Made by a program: the position numbers and the translations under genes | The notes under the pieces: model-generated | The model's input: only the letters and a program-made list of their open reading frames with translations | Database searches by the model: none | What the model was told of the DNA's origin: nothing | From: the human T2T-CHM13v2.0 reference genome, Homo sapiens | DNA length: 64,000 nt | NCBI RefSeq assembly: GCF_009914755.1 | Contig: NC_060934.1 | Strand: one strand, 5' to 3' | Shown here: one piece after another, positions 43,788-59,130 of the stretch | Numbering within the stretch: position 1 is the stretch's first letter | How the letters are laid out: every line of letters begins with the position of its first letter

Positions 43788-44033
43788 GGGCTTCTGAGCA
43801 GGCTCTCTGGGGCCAATCCCCAAGGATGGGGCTCTGGCATCCGATGCCCCAAAGCGGTCAAAAGCTTCTTCTCCCCCAGTGCTGATCTTGCTGGGCCTTA
43901 GCTTTGGAGGGTAGGGGAGGGAGGGGAGGGAGAGGGTGGCTGAATGGGGAGGGCAGGAAGGGAGGGTCTGGGGGGAAGGGGCTGGGGAGTGGGGGTGGGA
44001 AGCAGTGCGTTGGGGGCCTCGTGTGTAAGTGTG

Positions 44034-44039
44034 AATAAA
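44034..44039 (+). terminator. Polyadenylation signal of NUTM2 gene
   Basis: AATAAA ~250 nt after the stop codon, followed by G/T-rich sequence. Confidence 0.75.
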
Positions 44040-45982
44040 TGTAGTTGTCTTGGAAAATGCTCTTGGGGCTGCTGCCTCTGTCCTCGGTGCTGTGCTGCTC
44101 CGTGGAGGGTGTCTGTGAGGGAGGGCAGAGGAACTGGCAGATGCCAGGCTCTGGGAACCCACAGGGGCCGGCCCCACTCTTTCCTCCTGATGTAGGGAGC
44201 CCCTTCAGATGCTCCAGGGACTGACAGATGCTGAGGAAGCCCTGATCCCTCCCACTACCGACTCACAAGGCCCTGCCTGCTTTAGGGAGGCTTCTTGGGG
44301 CCCCCCATCGTCATCAGCATCCCTGGAAAATCCTGGGATTGGAGAGAGCTGGCTGGCTCTTGTTCTGCTCGGTGGGAGCTGAGGAGAAGGCAGCCACCTG
44401 CAACATGGACATGGGGAGAGGAGGCTGCTCCTGCTTAACCCTCATCAGGAAGAGCGCGGGCACTGGGCTGAGGGGAGACGTTGAGGTGACCATCCACACA
44501 GGTGTGTTTGGGATACGATGATGGGTGGGGAGCAGGGGAAGTCCTTCTGCCTGTTTCTGGGCAGGAGAGAGTCTTGTCCAACTAGCTAAAGCAGATGCTC
44601 CTTGCTGTGGCCACAGGGACTGGCCTCGGGGCCCTCAAGGTCCTGCATGGAGCCCCCCACAGCTATGATTCCCTTCCCATATGATGACTGAACTCATGTG
44701 GAATTGATGTAGACACAGATTTACATTGGTTTCTAAAACAGTTCCCTCCCAACACACCATCACCAATGGGAACAAACATGTCCAGTCCATCAGGCGCAGG
44801 GTGGGTGTTTCTGCTGGTTCCAGGGCCCGGAGGAGCTGGGGCCCAGGCCAAGAGGGGCCGAGGGTCAGCCGCCCTTCTGCCAGGCACAGACCCCAAGGGC
44901 AGAGCAGGGGCTGCCTGGGATGTGGCATTGGCTGTCTGGGAAGTGACCTGGGAGTTGGGGGCTAGGTGTTCGCCAAAGGGAGACTTCCAGAGTCTACGAG
45001 TGAGATGAGGACTGCATCAGGAGAGGGACCGAGGCTGGGGAGGATGCTCTGCTCTTTCCCAGGTTGTCCTGTCCTCCCAATCTCTGCTGAACTGCCCTCA
45101 CCCCATGGGCCAACTTCTGCCCCCCTTACCCCTAACCCACCTCTTAGAATCTCAGATCCCAGCATGGACAGGACCCGGCACCCACCCTGGTTCCCTCCTG
45201 GCCAACACCTTCTTCTCCACGGTCTGAGTTCTGATTCCTCCCCCAGGGCGCTTATTGGCTCAGGACCCCTGTGACTGCCAGGGCACTGGTCCCAGCACTG
45301 CCTGCGTGCAGAGCTGTGGTCACGGCGCTGGGGGCTGGCCCAGCAGCAGAGGCTGGTGGGGCAAAGCTGTCTGGTACACGGTGGCCTGGCCCCTCGGCCA
45401 AGTGACAAAGGGAGCCATGTTTGGGTCCTCTCTGGCCCCATCTGCCCACAGAACACAGCAGTCAGCCTGACAGATGCCCCTCTGCCCCGTCCCTTCTGCT
45501 CGATGTGGGCAGTGTCGGAGGCCTGCTGTCTTCTGTGGCCTTTGGGAAGGAGAGTTTATCTTGGCAGGGCTTCCCCAGCTCAGTGCACATCAGGCCCTCG
45601 GGGAAAATGTGGGGAGCGAAGAGTCACTGGTGGGTGATGTGGGCAGCTCCCGTGACTCCTCTACATTCAGGGCCATCCTCAAGAGATAAGGTAGCACTGC
45701 CCCTTTGCAGGGTTTAGGAATGTTAAGTGAGCCGTGTTTGAAGGGAACATGGTCCATACTCTGGCGTGTGTGGGTGCCCAGCCAACTTCCTCACCTAAGG
45801 GTGAAAGTGACACCTTGGGGCTCCTGCTGGTTACCCCACTGGCTGTTGTCTATCCCACTGTCCCTGTCCTTGTCTTGGCTGAGCCATTCCTAGGAAGCAG
45901 AACTTGTGCTTCCTCCACCTCTGTGTCCCACCTGAGCCCTACAATCTGCCCCTAAATGGGCACAGTGGGGCTGACTGGGGGG

Positions 45983-46360
45983 CTCTGGTAGACTGAACAT
46001 ACGTCCCCCGCCCAGTTCCTGTGCTGAAGCCCTAACCCCCAACGTGATGGTATTTGGAAATGGGGCCTTTGGGAGTTATTCAGGGTTAGAAGAGACCATG
46101 AGGGTGGGGTCCTAATGATGGGATTAGGGCCCTGGTAAGAAGCAGAGACCCCAGAGCTCTCTCTCTCCCTGACACGAGGACACAGTGAGAAGGCGGCCAT
46201 CTGCAAGCCAGAGAGAGCCCTCACCAGAACCTTGCCCACTGGTATGCTAACCTCGGACTTCCAGCCTCCAGACTGTGACAAATACATTTCTTTTTTTAAT
46301 ATGTGCCACCACCCCCAAGTCTATGGCACTTTGTCCTAGCAGCCCTATGTGACTAGGACA
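45983..46360 (+). mobile_element. MLT1A-like MaLR LTR
   Basis: gaagccctaacccccaacgtgatggtatttgga...ggacttccagcctccagactgtgacaaatacatttc...gactaggaca. Confidence 0.85.
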
Positions 46361-46735
46361 AAGTCCATAATCTCAAGAACTTCCTTCATGACTGGTATCT
46401 GGAAACCGTGCATCAGAGCCACGGGAAAGAAAGGCTCGGCCCTTTACAACTGTCAGCACACCTCCACCCCAAGTGCAGTGTATCACACATGAACCAGGGG
46501 AGCCTGGGATGCAGTGAGTTGTGCTTCAGTTAATGTAGAGATCTTCACTGAACCACACATAACCATTGAAGTAACCTGCTGTTTACAGTCTCCATCATGC
46601 TCTGCCAAGAGAGGTATTTTACAGTGACAAAACTTCTCTTCTGGTGCCCTGACACATCCTAGGACTTTGATGCTGGTAATTCTTTCCCCCCAGCAAATGT
46701 TGGTTCTAAATCCACAGAACTACTTGAGAAACTAG

Positions 46736-47079
<344 letters not shown>

Positions 47080-47567
47080 TATCAATATTCTTTATATGTT
47101 TTGCTATTCCCATTTAAAAGAGGGAAACTGTAGCTATACACTTTCTAGTCATGTTCTTTGGTGATTTTCCTGCACAAACCAACATTGTTGTTCAGAAATA
47201 TAATTTCCCCTAGAATTACCCTCCATCCAAAACATATTGTTATTCTATCACAGAGATAAATAATGGCTTTCCAAATCCTGGTTAAAAAAACCAAACACTC
47301 TCTTCTTCTCTGTATTTTTCCGGAACAGGCATAGATGATGGCAATTGTGTTTTACCATCTTTTTTTTTTTTTTCTGAGATGTTAGTTTTCTAGGATATGG
47401 AAATCTTAGGATTCATAAAAAATGAAACAACTTTTTGAAATGTTAGTTTTCCAAAATTGGACAATCTTTTTGAGCCATTCTATTTTTAGGACTATTGGTT
47501 AGCTGACTTTAGAGCCTTTAATGTTTCGTTATTATTTCAAACAATAGAGAACTTTCCTCCCCCCCAC

Positions 47568-47731
47568 GTTTTGAGACAGGGTCTGGCTCTGTCATGCAGG
47601 AGACTGTCTGTAGTGCAGCGACACAGTCTCAGCTCACTGCAACCTCCGCCTCTTGGGCTCAAGTGATCCTTCCACCTCAGCCTCCTGAGTAGCTGGGACT
47701 GTAGGTGCAGGCCACCACATCTGGCTAATTT
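47568..47731 (-). mobile_element. Alu right monomer / FRAM-like fragment
   Basis: ttttgagacagggtctggctctgtc...gggctcaagtgatccttccacctcagcc. Confidence 0.85.
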
Positions 47732-50202
47732 TAAACAATAGCGAACTTCCAAAACAAAAGTTCTTTATTAATTCTTCAAGAAATCTGTTTTTTACTTAGT
47801 CGATTAATGTCCATTTCATGTTGCCTCAATAGCCCATGTATGAATCACTCTTCTTGCAGATTTTGTTCAGTTTTGTTGTATGTAGACCCATCTTTCTTTG
47901 ATTGAGTTGGTTTCTTTGATTGAGTTGATTTGTCTGTATTATATACCAGTCAGTATTAAAACCCAAACAATACCTAAGCCAAAAAAGCAATGTAGGCACC
48001 TGTAAACTAACACACTTGGTTGCAATTGCTTCAGTAAAAAGGACAGTTTACACTCAAATTGAAGCAACCATTATGTTTCCACAAACAACATTCCTTATTA
48101 TCCCACCTCACCTTTTCATTCTTCCTATGCTGTCTAATCTGATTCTGTACAAGAGATAAGGCAGGTACTGCTAAATGATAACTTAGATGCAGGGGCCATC
48201 ATGAAAATATTCATCCCATATCTTACATTAAGCAAACTACTAGCAACTGTTTGTTAAAAAGTATAAATGAATAAATGAAAATAGGACAGATAGGCAGTGT
48301 GGGAAGCTAAAATATGGAAGTGTTATTGCTTTGCTTTATGTGGTATAATGATCTGATTTTATCTTCCCAGCTCTCCCAGGAAGTATGCAGAATAATATTT
48401 ATCTCATATTGTGGGTGTGGCAATCAAGACAGAGAGGCTAGATGCTTTACCTAAAGTCATCCAACAAATATTTGGTAGAACCAGTGCTAGAATGCAATAA
48501 ATGGAAACAGAGTTTATTTCGGTGTTTCTTTTCCTGATACTTGCCCTATTCCTGACAAATGAATAATGGCTTCAGAAGGTGTCACTTGTTGCTAGGGCTA
48601 AAAGGATAAATTTTACCTGTAATACCGTAGCACTTACTATTAGTTAACGACCCAGTATTTATTCTCTTTTTTTCTTTGGAATCTTTGGAATGTGTAAATA
48701 TTTGCCTCCCAGGAAGCTCACTTTATCCTCTCCTCAGGAAAAAATCCTGATTTGGTCTGAACCAATCTTGGTAACTATCTTTCTTGCCAGTTTTGTTTTA
48801 GGAATGGGCACGCAACTCAGTTCTAGCCAATGAGACATGAGGAGCAGTCTACTGGGGAGTTTCTGGGAAAGTTTGTTTTTCTTGTTCTAATAAACAAACA
48901 AATAATGGGGTCACTGGATTGGAGATCCTATTGAGTCAAAGGAATATTGAATTTGACACAGTAGAATAGTCTGGAAGGAAAGGAAATGATATTCAGTAAA
49001 TGAAATGCTGAAAATTGATATTATGAAGGTGGCGCAGTAGTTGTTATTGATTAAATGAAACAGTTGAGATTAAGAAAGTTTAGCCAGGACAAGTTATATA
49101 GCACAAATCATTTCAGGTAAGGAAGTTAAAAAAAAACCCTGAGAGGCTAGGAAGTCCTGGCTCCAAACTCCTGCTCCTGCTGGACTTGAGCCCCACTAGC
49201 TTCTCATCTTCCACTAATCTATGCACCCCTCCTTTCCCACTCCTCAAAAGCCGAGCTCACTCAACAACTTTAATTTTATTCAAATAAATTATTTACACAG
49301 ACATTTTGTTTTTAGTAGATGTTATTAGTGATTAGGAAAAATGAAAGAGATTGACATCTTTCAATTGACAGAGATGCCAATAATTTTAAGTATAATTTTT
49401 TAAACACTTTGTTCTTAAAATGAGAAAGAAATGCAAGGAAGGGATCACTACCCTGGGCGTTAGCATGTCCGAATATGATAACTAAACCTGCTGCAATTAT
49501 CTTGCAACCAGGGAGGAGCTAGCTTGAAAATAAAGCCAACACAGATGACAAGCAGAAAGTGGAAAGAACCTAAGTCATTGATGATGCTATTGAGCTGATG
49601 AATTAAACCTGGAGTGTATGTTCCATGGGCTTCTGTAAGGAATTAAAATATTTTTACTGTTTAAACCAGTATTTCATTGTTTTCTGCAGAAATCCTAATT
49701 GGCATAAAGAAACTATTGACCGACTAACCCCACTGCAACCTCACCTGACCCCTTAGGATGTCCTTTCATGATTTTCTTGATTTTGTTGAAGTTATGTATT
49801 GACAATAATGGAAAATCACAGAAGGTGATTTTCTGATCCCAACTCCTTAGCTATGACCTTGTGTCTCTAGCTCATGATCATGGTTTATGAAGCACGGGAA
49901 GGACTGGGAAAAGTAGAAAGTAGGTAGGTAAGATGAGATGTCTGATGATGGAGGTTATTGGGGTCAGGACAGGTGGATAGGCAAGGTGAAGTGTGTAAGC
50001 TAAGCAGGAAATGCAAATGAAAATCAGAGAGAAGGTACCCCTTCAGAACAGATTCTTAGAAAGCCATTATTAGGAACATATGGGCCACATCTTTGAGAAG
50101 AGTTGTGGAATTCACATTAGAGTAATGGCATCACTTAGATTCATGCTCTTCTCTCAGGGAGAGAAATCAATATTTATAGGATATCAAAGGGTCTTCATCA
50201 TG

Positions 50203-50618
50203 TGTCTCAGTCTGTTTTTATTGCTATAAACAAATACCTGAGGCTGGGTAATATATAAGGAAAAGAGGTTTATTTGGCTCACACAATTCTGCAGGCTGTA
50301 CGAGAAGCATGGCGCCAGCATCTGCTTCTGTTGAGGGCCTCAGGAAGCCTCCATCGTGGTGGAAGGCAAAGGGGAACCCGTGTGTCACATGATCAGGGAG
50401 GAAGAGAGCAAGAGAGGGGAGGAAGGTATCAGATTCTTTTTAACAATAAGATCTCACAGGAAGTAGGAGTGAGAACTTAATCCCATGAAGACAGCACCAA
50501 GCCATTCATGAGGGATCTGCCCCCGTAACGAAAACACCTCCCAGTGCGCCCCACCTCCAACATTGGGGATCAAATGTCAGCATGAGATTTGGAGGAGACA
50601 AACATTCAAACTTTATCA
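50203..50618 (-). mobile_element. MST (MaLR) solo LTR
   Basis: tgtctcagtctgtttttattgctataa...catgagatttggaggagacaaacattcaaactttatca. The 5-bp flanks tcatg/ttgtg fit a CpG-decayed TSD. Confidence 0.88.
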
Positions 50619-53541
50619 TTGTGCTTGTTTTCTTCAGAAATAGACCGAATTGATATGTTTCATGATGACATTATGATCTAAAAATGAGAGTTTATTTCAG
50701 TTTGTCCTGTATACACCCAAGAGGTCCAGGATATTATTCTGTCTGTCTACCACAAGTCCTGCAAACTAGAAGATGGCCTTAACAGTCAATCTAGGGTGGT
50801 TCTGCCCAATGACCTTTTGTCTTTCCTTCAGTGTCTTCCAAAGCACATAGTAATATTCTATCATGAATTATATGAAAGCTGTTTACATGGATTAAACAGT
50901 AAATCTGACAAACAGGCTGCTTTTTGATGACTCTAGACATATTTCTTGTTACATTTTAGACATTTGAGAAAAAAGTCAAATTTCTTAATACTTTATGTTC
51001 AATTGAGTTTGAAGCCATAAAGAGGAAGGAAATAATAAGGATTAGAGCAAAAATAAATGAAATAGAGAATAGAAAAACAATAGAATCAATGAAACAAAAA
51101 ATTAGTTCTTTGAAGAGATCAACAAAGTTGACAAAGCTTTAACTAGATTAAGGAAAAAGAATACTCAACTACTAAAATCAGAAATGAAAGACACTACTAC
51201 TGATTTATAGGAATAAAAAGGATTGTAAGAGAATTAGTATAAGAGCTATATGTCAAAAAATTGGATAACCTAGATGAAACAGACAAATTCCTAGAAACAT
51301 ACAAACCAACAAAGTTGACTCAAGAACAAAGAATAAATCTGAATAGATCTATAAAAAGTAATGATATTCAATTTTGATTGAATCAGCAACCAAAACTCTC
51401 CTAACAAAGAAAAGCCCAGGAACTGATGACTTCGCTGGTGAATTCTACCAAACGTTTAGAAACGAATTAACACTAATCCTTCTCGAACTCCTCCAAAAAG
51501 TTGAGAAACAGAACCCTTTCTGAGTCATTCTATGAAGCCAACATTACCCTGATACCAAAGCTAGACAGACAATACAAGAAAACTATAGCCAAATGTCCCC
51601 TATGAATGCATTATAGATACAAAAATCCCCAACAAAATACTAGGAAATTAAATTCAGCAGCCCTTAAAAGAATTTTACACTATGACCAACTGAGATTTAT
51701 CCCAGAAATTTAAGAGTGGTTTAACGTATGAAAATCAGTCGATGTAATACACCAAGTAATAGAAGGAAGGAGTGAAAAACTCATGATCATCTCAATTGAT
51801 ATAGAAGAACATTTGAGAAAATCCATTCCTCCTTTATGATAGAACTGTCCAACAAACCAGGAATAGAAAGGAACTGTCTCAACATGATAAAGACCATGTA
51901 TTAAGAACTCACGACTAACATCATTCTCAATGGGGAAAAATTTCAAGCTTTTCCACTAAAATCAGAAGCCATGGATGCCTGTGTTTGCCACTTCTATTCA
52001 ACACAGTATTGGCAGTTCTAGCCAGACCCATCAGGCAAGAAAAAGAAATAAAATAAATCCAAATTAGAAAGGAAGAAGTAAAACTATCTCTATTTGCAAG
52101 TGATATAAGTGTAGAAAGCCCTAAAGAATACCAAAAATAGCCTCTTAAAGCTAATAAACAAATTTAGCAAGGCTTCAGAATACAAAATCAACACACAAAA
52201 ATCAGTCGTGTTTCTACACACTAGCAGTAAAAAATCTGAAAAGGAAATTAAGAATTTTTTATTTACAGTAGTACCCAAAAGAATAAAATATTTAGAAATC
52301 AATTTAACCAGGAAGGCAGAAGACTTGTACACTGAAAACTACAAAGCATTCTGGAAAGAAATTAAAGCAGACTTAAATAAATGGAAAGAGATCCTGTGTT
52401 CATAAGTTGGAAGACTTAATATTGTTAAAACGACAACGCTACTCAAAATGATATGTAGAGTCAATGTAATCACGCTAATAAGATCCCAACAGCGCTTTTG
52501 GCAGAAACGGAAAAACCTATTCTAAAATTCATATAAAATTTCAAGGAACCCAAAATAGCCAAAATAATCTGAAGAGGAACAAAGTTGTAGGACTCACATT
52601 TTCTGATATTAAAATGTACTACATAGCTATAATAATTGAAATAGCATGGACTTGGCACAGAGATAGACAATATAGACCAATGGAATAGAATCGAGAGGCC
52701 AGAACTAACACTCACATCTATGGGTAATTAATTTTCAGCAAGGGTTCCAGGATCACTCAATGGGGAAAAGGACAATCTCTTCAACAAATGGTGTTGGGGA
52801 AACTAGATATCCACAAGCAAAAGAATGAAGTTGGACCTATACTTTTACACAATGTACAAACATTAACTCAAAATGGATCAAAGACCAAAATTTAATGCTA
52901 TAAAACACTTAAATATTAAATGCTATAAAACTCTTAGAGGAAAACATACTGAAAAATCTTCATGACCTTGGGTTTGACAATGGTTTCTTAAATATAACAT
53001 CAAAAGTACAAGTGATGAAACAACTGATAAATTGGACTTCATCAAAATTGTGTATCAAGTGACACTATAAAGAGAGTGAAAAGATAACACAAAAAATTGG
53101 AGAAAATGTTTGCAAATCATACATCTGACAAAAAACTAATATACTCAGGCATTTCTTTATGGCAATGCAAGAATGGCCTAATACAATACCCAAAAGAATT
53201 GAATGCATAAAGAATCCTACAACTCAACAAATAAAAGATAAATAACTCAAATTTTTAATGGACAAAAGACTTAGACACTTCTCTAAAAAAAAGACATGTA
53301 AATGGTCAATAAGCAACTCAAAAGATGCTAAAACCACAATGAGATACCACTTTGTACCTACTAGAATGGCTATAATTAGAAGAAAAAATAACTAGTGTTG
53401 TTGAACATGTGGAGAAATTGGAAACCTAGTATACCTCTGGTGGGAATGTAAATGGTTTAACTGCTGAGGAAGATAGTTTGGCAATTCCTCAAAACGTAAA
53501 ACAGAATTATCACCCAGTAATTCTACTCTTAAGTATATACC

Positions 53542-53953
53542 GGATATAGTTTGACTGTTTGTTCCTATGCAAATCTCATGTTGAAATGTAATTAATCTCC
53601 GGTGTTAGAGTTGGGGCCTGGTGGGAGGTGATTGGATCATGGGAGTGGTTTCTCATGAGTGGCTTCACCATCTCTAGCTGTCATCAAGATTGTGAGTTCT
53701 CACAAGATTTGATTGTTTAAAAGTGTGCAGCACCTCCCCACTTCCTCTCTTGCTCTGGCTTTTGCCATGTGACATGCCTGCACCCACTTTGCCTTCCATC
53801 ATGATTGGAAGCTTCCTGAAGCCTCCCTGGAAGCAGATGCTGCTATGCTTCCTGTACAGACTGCAGAAATGTGAGCCAACTAAACCCTTTTTTCTTTGGC
53901 ACTTACCCAGTCTCAGGTATTTCTTTATATCAATGCAAGAATGGCCTAATACA
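53542..53953 (+). mobile_element. MSTA-like solo LTR inserted in L1
   Basis: gatatagtttg...aaatctcatgttgaaatgtaa...gcaagaatggcctaataca. TSD ATACC at 53537-53541 and 53954-53958. Confidence 0.9.
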
Positions 53954-53983
53954 ATACCCCAAAGAATTGAAAACAACAACTTA

Positions 53984-54295
<312 letters not shown>

Positions 54296-54612
54296 CTATA
54301 AGATGGATGAACCTTGAAAACATTATGCTAAGTGAAATAAGCTAGACACAAAAGGATAGTGTATGATACCATTATGTGAAATATTTACAATAGGCAAATT
54401 CATAGAGACAGGAAGTAGATTAGAGGTTACCAGAGGTTACCAGGGGCTGGAAGGAGAGGAAAATGGGAGTTTTTGCTGAATAAGCACAGTTTCTATTTGG
54501 GGTGATGAAAGGGCTTTGGTAATAGATGGTGGTAACGGTTGCACAACATTGTAAATATAATTAATACCACCAAATTGTACAGTTAAAAATGATTAAAATG
54601 GCAAATTGCATA

Positions 54613-55365
54613 TGTCTTTCTCCGTTTGTGTTGCTATAAAGGAATACCCAAGGCTGGGTAATTTATAAAGAAAAGAGGTGTATTTAGCTTATGATTCTGC
54701 AGATTGTACAAGAAGCATGGCACTGGCATCCACATCTGGTGAGGGCCTCAGGCTGCTTCCGCTCATGTCAGAAAGGGAAGGCAAGCCAATGTGTGTGGAG
54801 ATCACATGGTGAGAGAGGAAACAAGAAAGAGGTGGGTACTGCTAGGCTCTTTTAACAACTAGCTCTTGGCCAGGTGAGGTGGCTCATGCTTGTAATCTCA
54901 ACACCTTGGGAGGCTGAGGTGGGAGAATCTCTTCAGCCCAAGAGTTCAAGACCAGCCTAAAAAAAAAAAAAAAATCCTATAAAACCTAGCTCTCACAGGA
55001 ACTAAGAGACCAAAAACTCACTCACCTGCAACCCAGGGAGAACATTAATCTATTCATGAGGGATCTGCCCCATGACCCAAATACCTTCCATTAGGCCCCA
55101 CCTCCAACACTGGGTATCCAATTTCAACATCAGATTTGGAGGGTCAAATACCTGGGCTACATACCCTTGTCTCTAGAAAAAATATATAAAATTTAGATGG
55201 GTGTGGTGACACATACCTCTAGTCTCAGCTACTTTGGAGGCTGAGGCAGGAGGATCATTTCAGCCCAGAATTTCGAGGCTACAGTGAGCTATAATCAGGC
55301 CACTGTACAACAGCCTGCAAGACAGAATGAGACCCTGTCTTTAAAAAAATAAAAATAAAAATAAA
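54613..55365. mobile_element. MST LTR (-) interleaved with a split AluJ (+)
   Basis: MST 54613-54867 and 54985-55150; Alu 5' piece 54868-54974; Alu remainder 55151-55365. Confidence 0.85.
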
Positions 55366-55724
55366 TTAATTACTTTTAAAAAGACCTTGTATTGCAAGTT
55401 GGTAAACATAAGTACATTTGTTGGGACTATGAAATAATTCACCCACAGGATCAATGTTACAAATTGTTATTTGCATCTCAATTTAGTTCGTTCAACCCAG
55501 AATTCACATTTGCCATAAAACTGTAGTCAATGATTCAATTAAACTACTGATAACCAAAGGGGAAAGCAACATATTGAATCAGAAATAGTTTTATCAATTG
55601 GTGTCACCAAAGAAAAGCAGGTTTCACTAGTGTTGAGAAAATAGAAAGTTTTCTATTGATTATGGAGAAATTTCAGTTCAGTTTCTAGAAGGTTAAATGC
55701 CCCAATTTCTTTTTTTTTAATGAC

Positions 55725-56480
55725 TGTGTTAAACTAAATAATGGCCTCCATTATTTCCATATGCAAATCCTCAGAACCTACCACTGTTACGTTATATGGC
55801 AAAAGGGAATTTGCAAATGTGATTAAGGATCTTGAAATTGGGAGATTATCCTGGGTTATCTGATGTCCCCAATGTAATCACAAGGATCTTTATAAAAAAA
55901 GGAAATGTGAGACAAAGGGAGAGAAGGTGATGTGATGAAGTAGAGGTCAGAGTGATGTGGGGGCTAGATCCAAGGAATGTGGGCAGCCTCTAGAAGCTGA
56001 GACAGACAGGGAAATGGATTCTCCTCCTAGAGCCTCCAGAAGGAAAGGAGCCTTGCCAACCCATTTGAAACTTCTGATCTCCAGATCTATACAATAATAC
56101 ATCTGTGTTGTTTTTTTTATTTTTATTTTGTTAGGTACAGGTCTTGCTCTGTTGCTCAGGCTAGAGTGCAGTGGCATGGTCTGGGCTCACTACAGCCTCA
56201 ACCTCCCAGGCTCAAATGATCCTCCTGCCTCAACCTCCTGAGTAGGTGGAGCTACAGACATGTGCCACCACACCTGGCTAATTTTTTTATTTTTTGTAGA
56301 GATGGGGTCTCACTACATTGCCCACCCTGGTCTCCAACTCCTGGGCTCAAGCAATCCTCCTGCCTCAGCCTCCCAAAGTGCTGGGCTTAGAAGTGTGAGA
56401 GTCACAGTTCCTGGCCAATCTGTGTTATTTTAATGTTTAAGTTTGTCATAATCTGTTACAGCAGCAATAAAAAACTAACA
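55725..56480 (+). mobile_element. MLT1 LTR containing an antisense AluJ (~56110-56415)
   Basis: ggcaaaagggaatttgcaaatgtgattaagg...gattctcctcctagagcctccagaagga...gttacagcagcaataaaaaactaaca. Confidence 0.85.
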
Positions 56481-57074
56481 AAATGACTAATTTTACTTCC
56501 AAATCCATTGTCTCCCTCCCTTAAAATAATTTTATCACAATAACTATTTTTATATTACAGTCACACACCATATAATGACCTTTTGGTCAATGACAAACTT
56601 CATATACAGTGGTAGTTCCTTAAGATTGCAGTGGAGCTGAAAAATTTTTATTGCCCAGATATGTCAGAGCTGATCATGGTACAACACATTACTTACATAT
56701 TTGTGATGATGCTGGTGTAAACGAACCTACTGTGCTGCCAGTCCTATAAAAGTATAGTACATACAATATGTACAGTACATGGTACTTGATAATGATAACA
56801 GACGACTGCGTTATTGGTTTATGTACTTGCTATATTATACTTGTCTTATTATTTTAGAGTGTCTTTTTTATACTTAAAAAAAAGTTAACTGCAAAACAGT
56901 CCTTCAGGAGGTATTCCAGATAAGGCATAGTTACCATAGGAGATGGCAGCTCCATGCATGTTACTGCTCCTGAAGACCTTCCAATGGGAGAAGATAAGGA
57001 GGTGAAAGACAGTGATATTGAAGACCCTGGCCCTGTGTAGGCCTAGTCTCATGTGTAATGTGTGTTTATGTCTT

Positions 57075-57253
57075 TTTGTTTTTTGTTTTTTTTTGAGACT
57101 AGGCCTCACTATGTTGGCCCACGCTGGAGTGCAGTGGCTGTTCACAGGTGCAATCATATTGCACTGCAGCCTCGAACTCCTGGCCTTGGACAATCCTCCC
57201 ACCTCAGCCTTCTGAGTAGCTGGGATTATAGGCTTGCACCATAGCACCTGGCT
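57075..57253 (-). mobile_element. FAM (fossil Alu monomer)
   Basis: 7SL-like segment gagtgcagtggctgttcacaggtgcaatc, absent from dimeric Alus. Confidence 0.75.
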
Positions 57254-57330
57254 ATGTCTTCATTTTTAAACAAAAAAGTTTGAAAGTAAAAAATAAATAA
57301 ATAAAAATTTTTAAATAGAAGAAAGCTTAT

Positions 57331-57917
<587 letters not shown>

Positions 57918-58833
57918 TAGTTTACTTTTACTGTACCTTTTCTACATTTAGGTACACAAATATTGACCATTATGTTACAACTGCTTACAGTATTCAGTAC
58001 AATAATAGGCTGCCAGGTTTGCAGCCTAGGAACAATAGACAATGCCATATATAGCCTAGATGTGTTGTAGACTATACCATCTATGTTTGTGTAAGTGCAC
58101 TGTATGATGTTTGCACAACGATGGAATCACCTCATGATGAATTTTTCAGACTATATCCTTGTTAAGTAATGCATGACCTTAATCAGGAATGAGTCAGAGC
58201 AGTATTGTAATCTTGATGAAGATGTTGATGTAGATAATACTCCCATTTACAATGCACTTGCCAAATACAAGGCATTGCACTGAAAGCTTTACATACTTTA
58301 TTTAAAAACATTTTACAACCTTTTAGGTAAGTACCATTAACCACTTTTACAGATCAGAAAACAGGGTCTATGAGGTGAAATAATTTGTCATACAGTGGTG
58401 ATGTAAATATGCATATAATGAAAGAGAATAGGCAAGTCAGAAGTGATTTTTGTATTTCTTTTAATAGATTAAGGGTACTTACTATCAGCAAAAGAGTGAA
58501 AGTCTGACAGAAAAGAAAAAGATGGAAAGAAATGTGGGGATGTGCAATTCCTTATGTTGGTTGGTTCAGCAGAGCTTTGCCGTTGTTCAGATGGAGTTTA
58601 GGCAAGCAAAAGATGACCAGCCATTGCTGGGTATTTGAACATCAGATGTTCATAAGGCTTAGGTATTCTTAAAAGAAAAATTTATTCTCTTAAAAATTCT
58701 GAAAAAAAGTTCTCTGTATTAAAACTTCATAATGAACATTGCCACATTGTATATTAGGCACAGATATTATTTGTTGGAGTTTTTGGTAATTGTTATTTTT
58801 GTAACTGGAATATTTAATATATGTTTTATACAT

Positions 58834-59130
<297 letters not shown>

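Noticed and set aside
43716-45717. Overlapping 60-164 aa ORFs downstream of NUTM2
   Set aside because: GC-rich sequence with few stops, no recognisable domain and no coherent exon structure.
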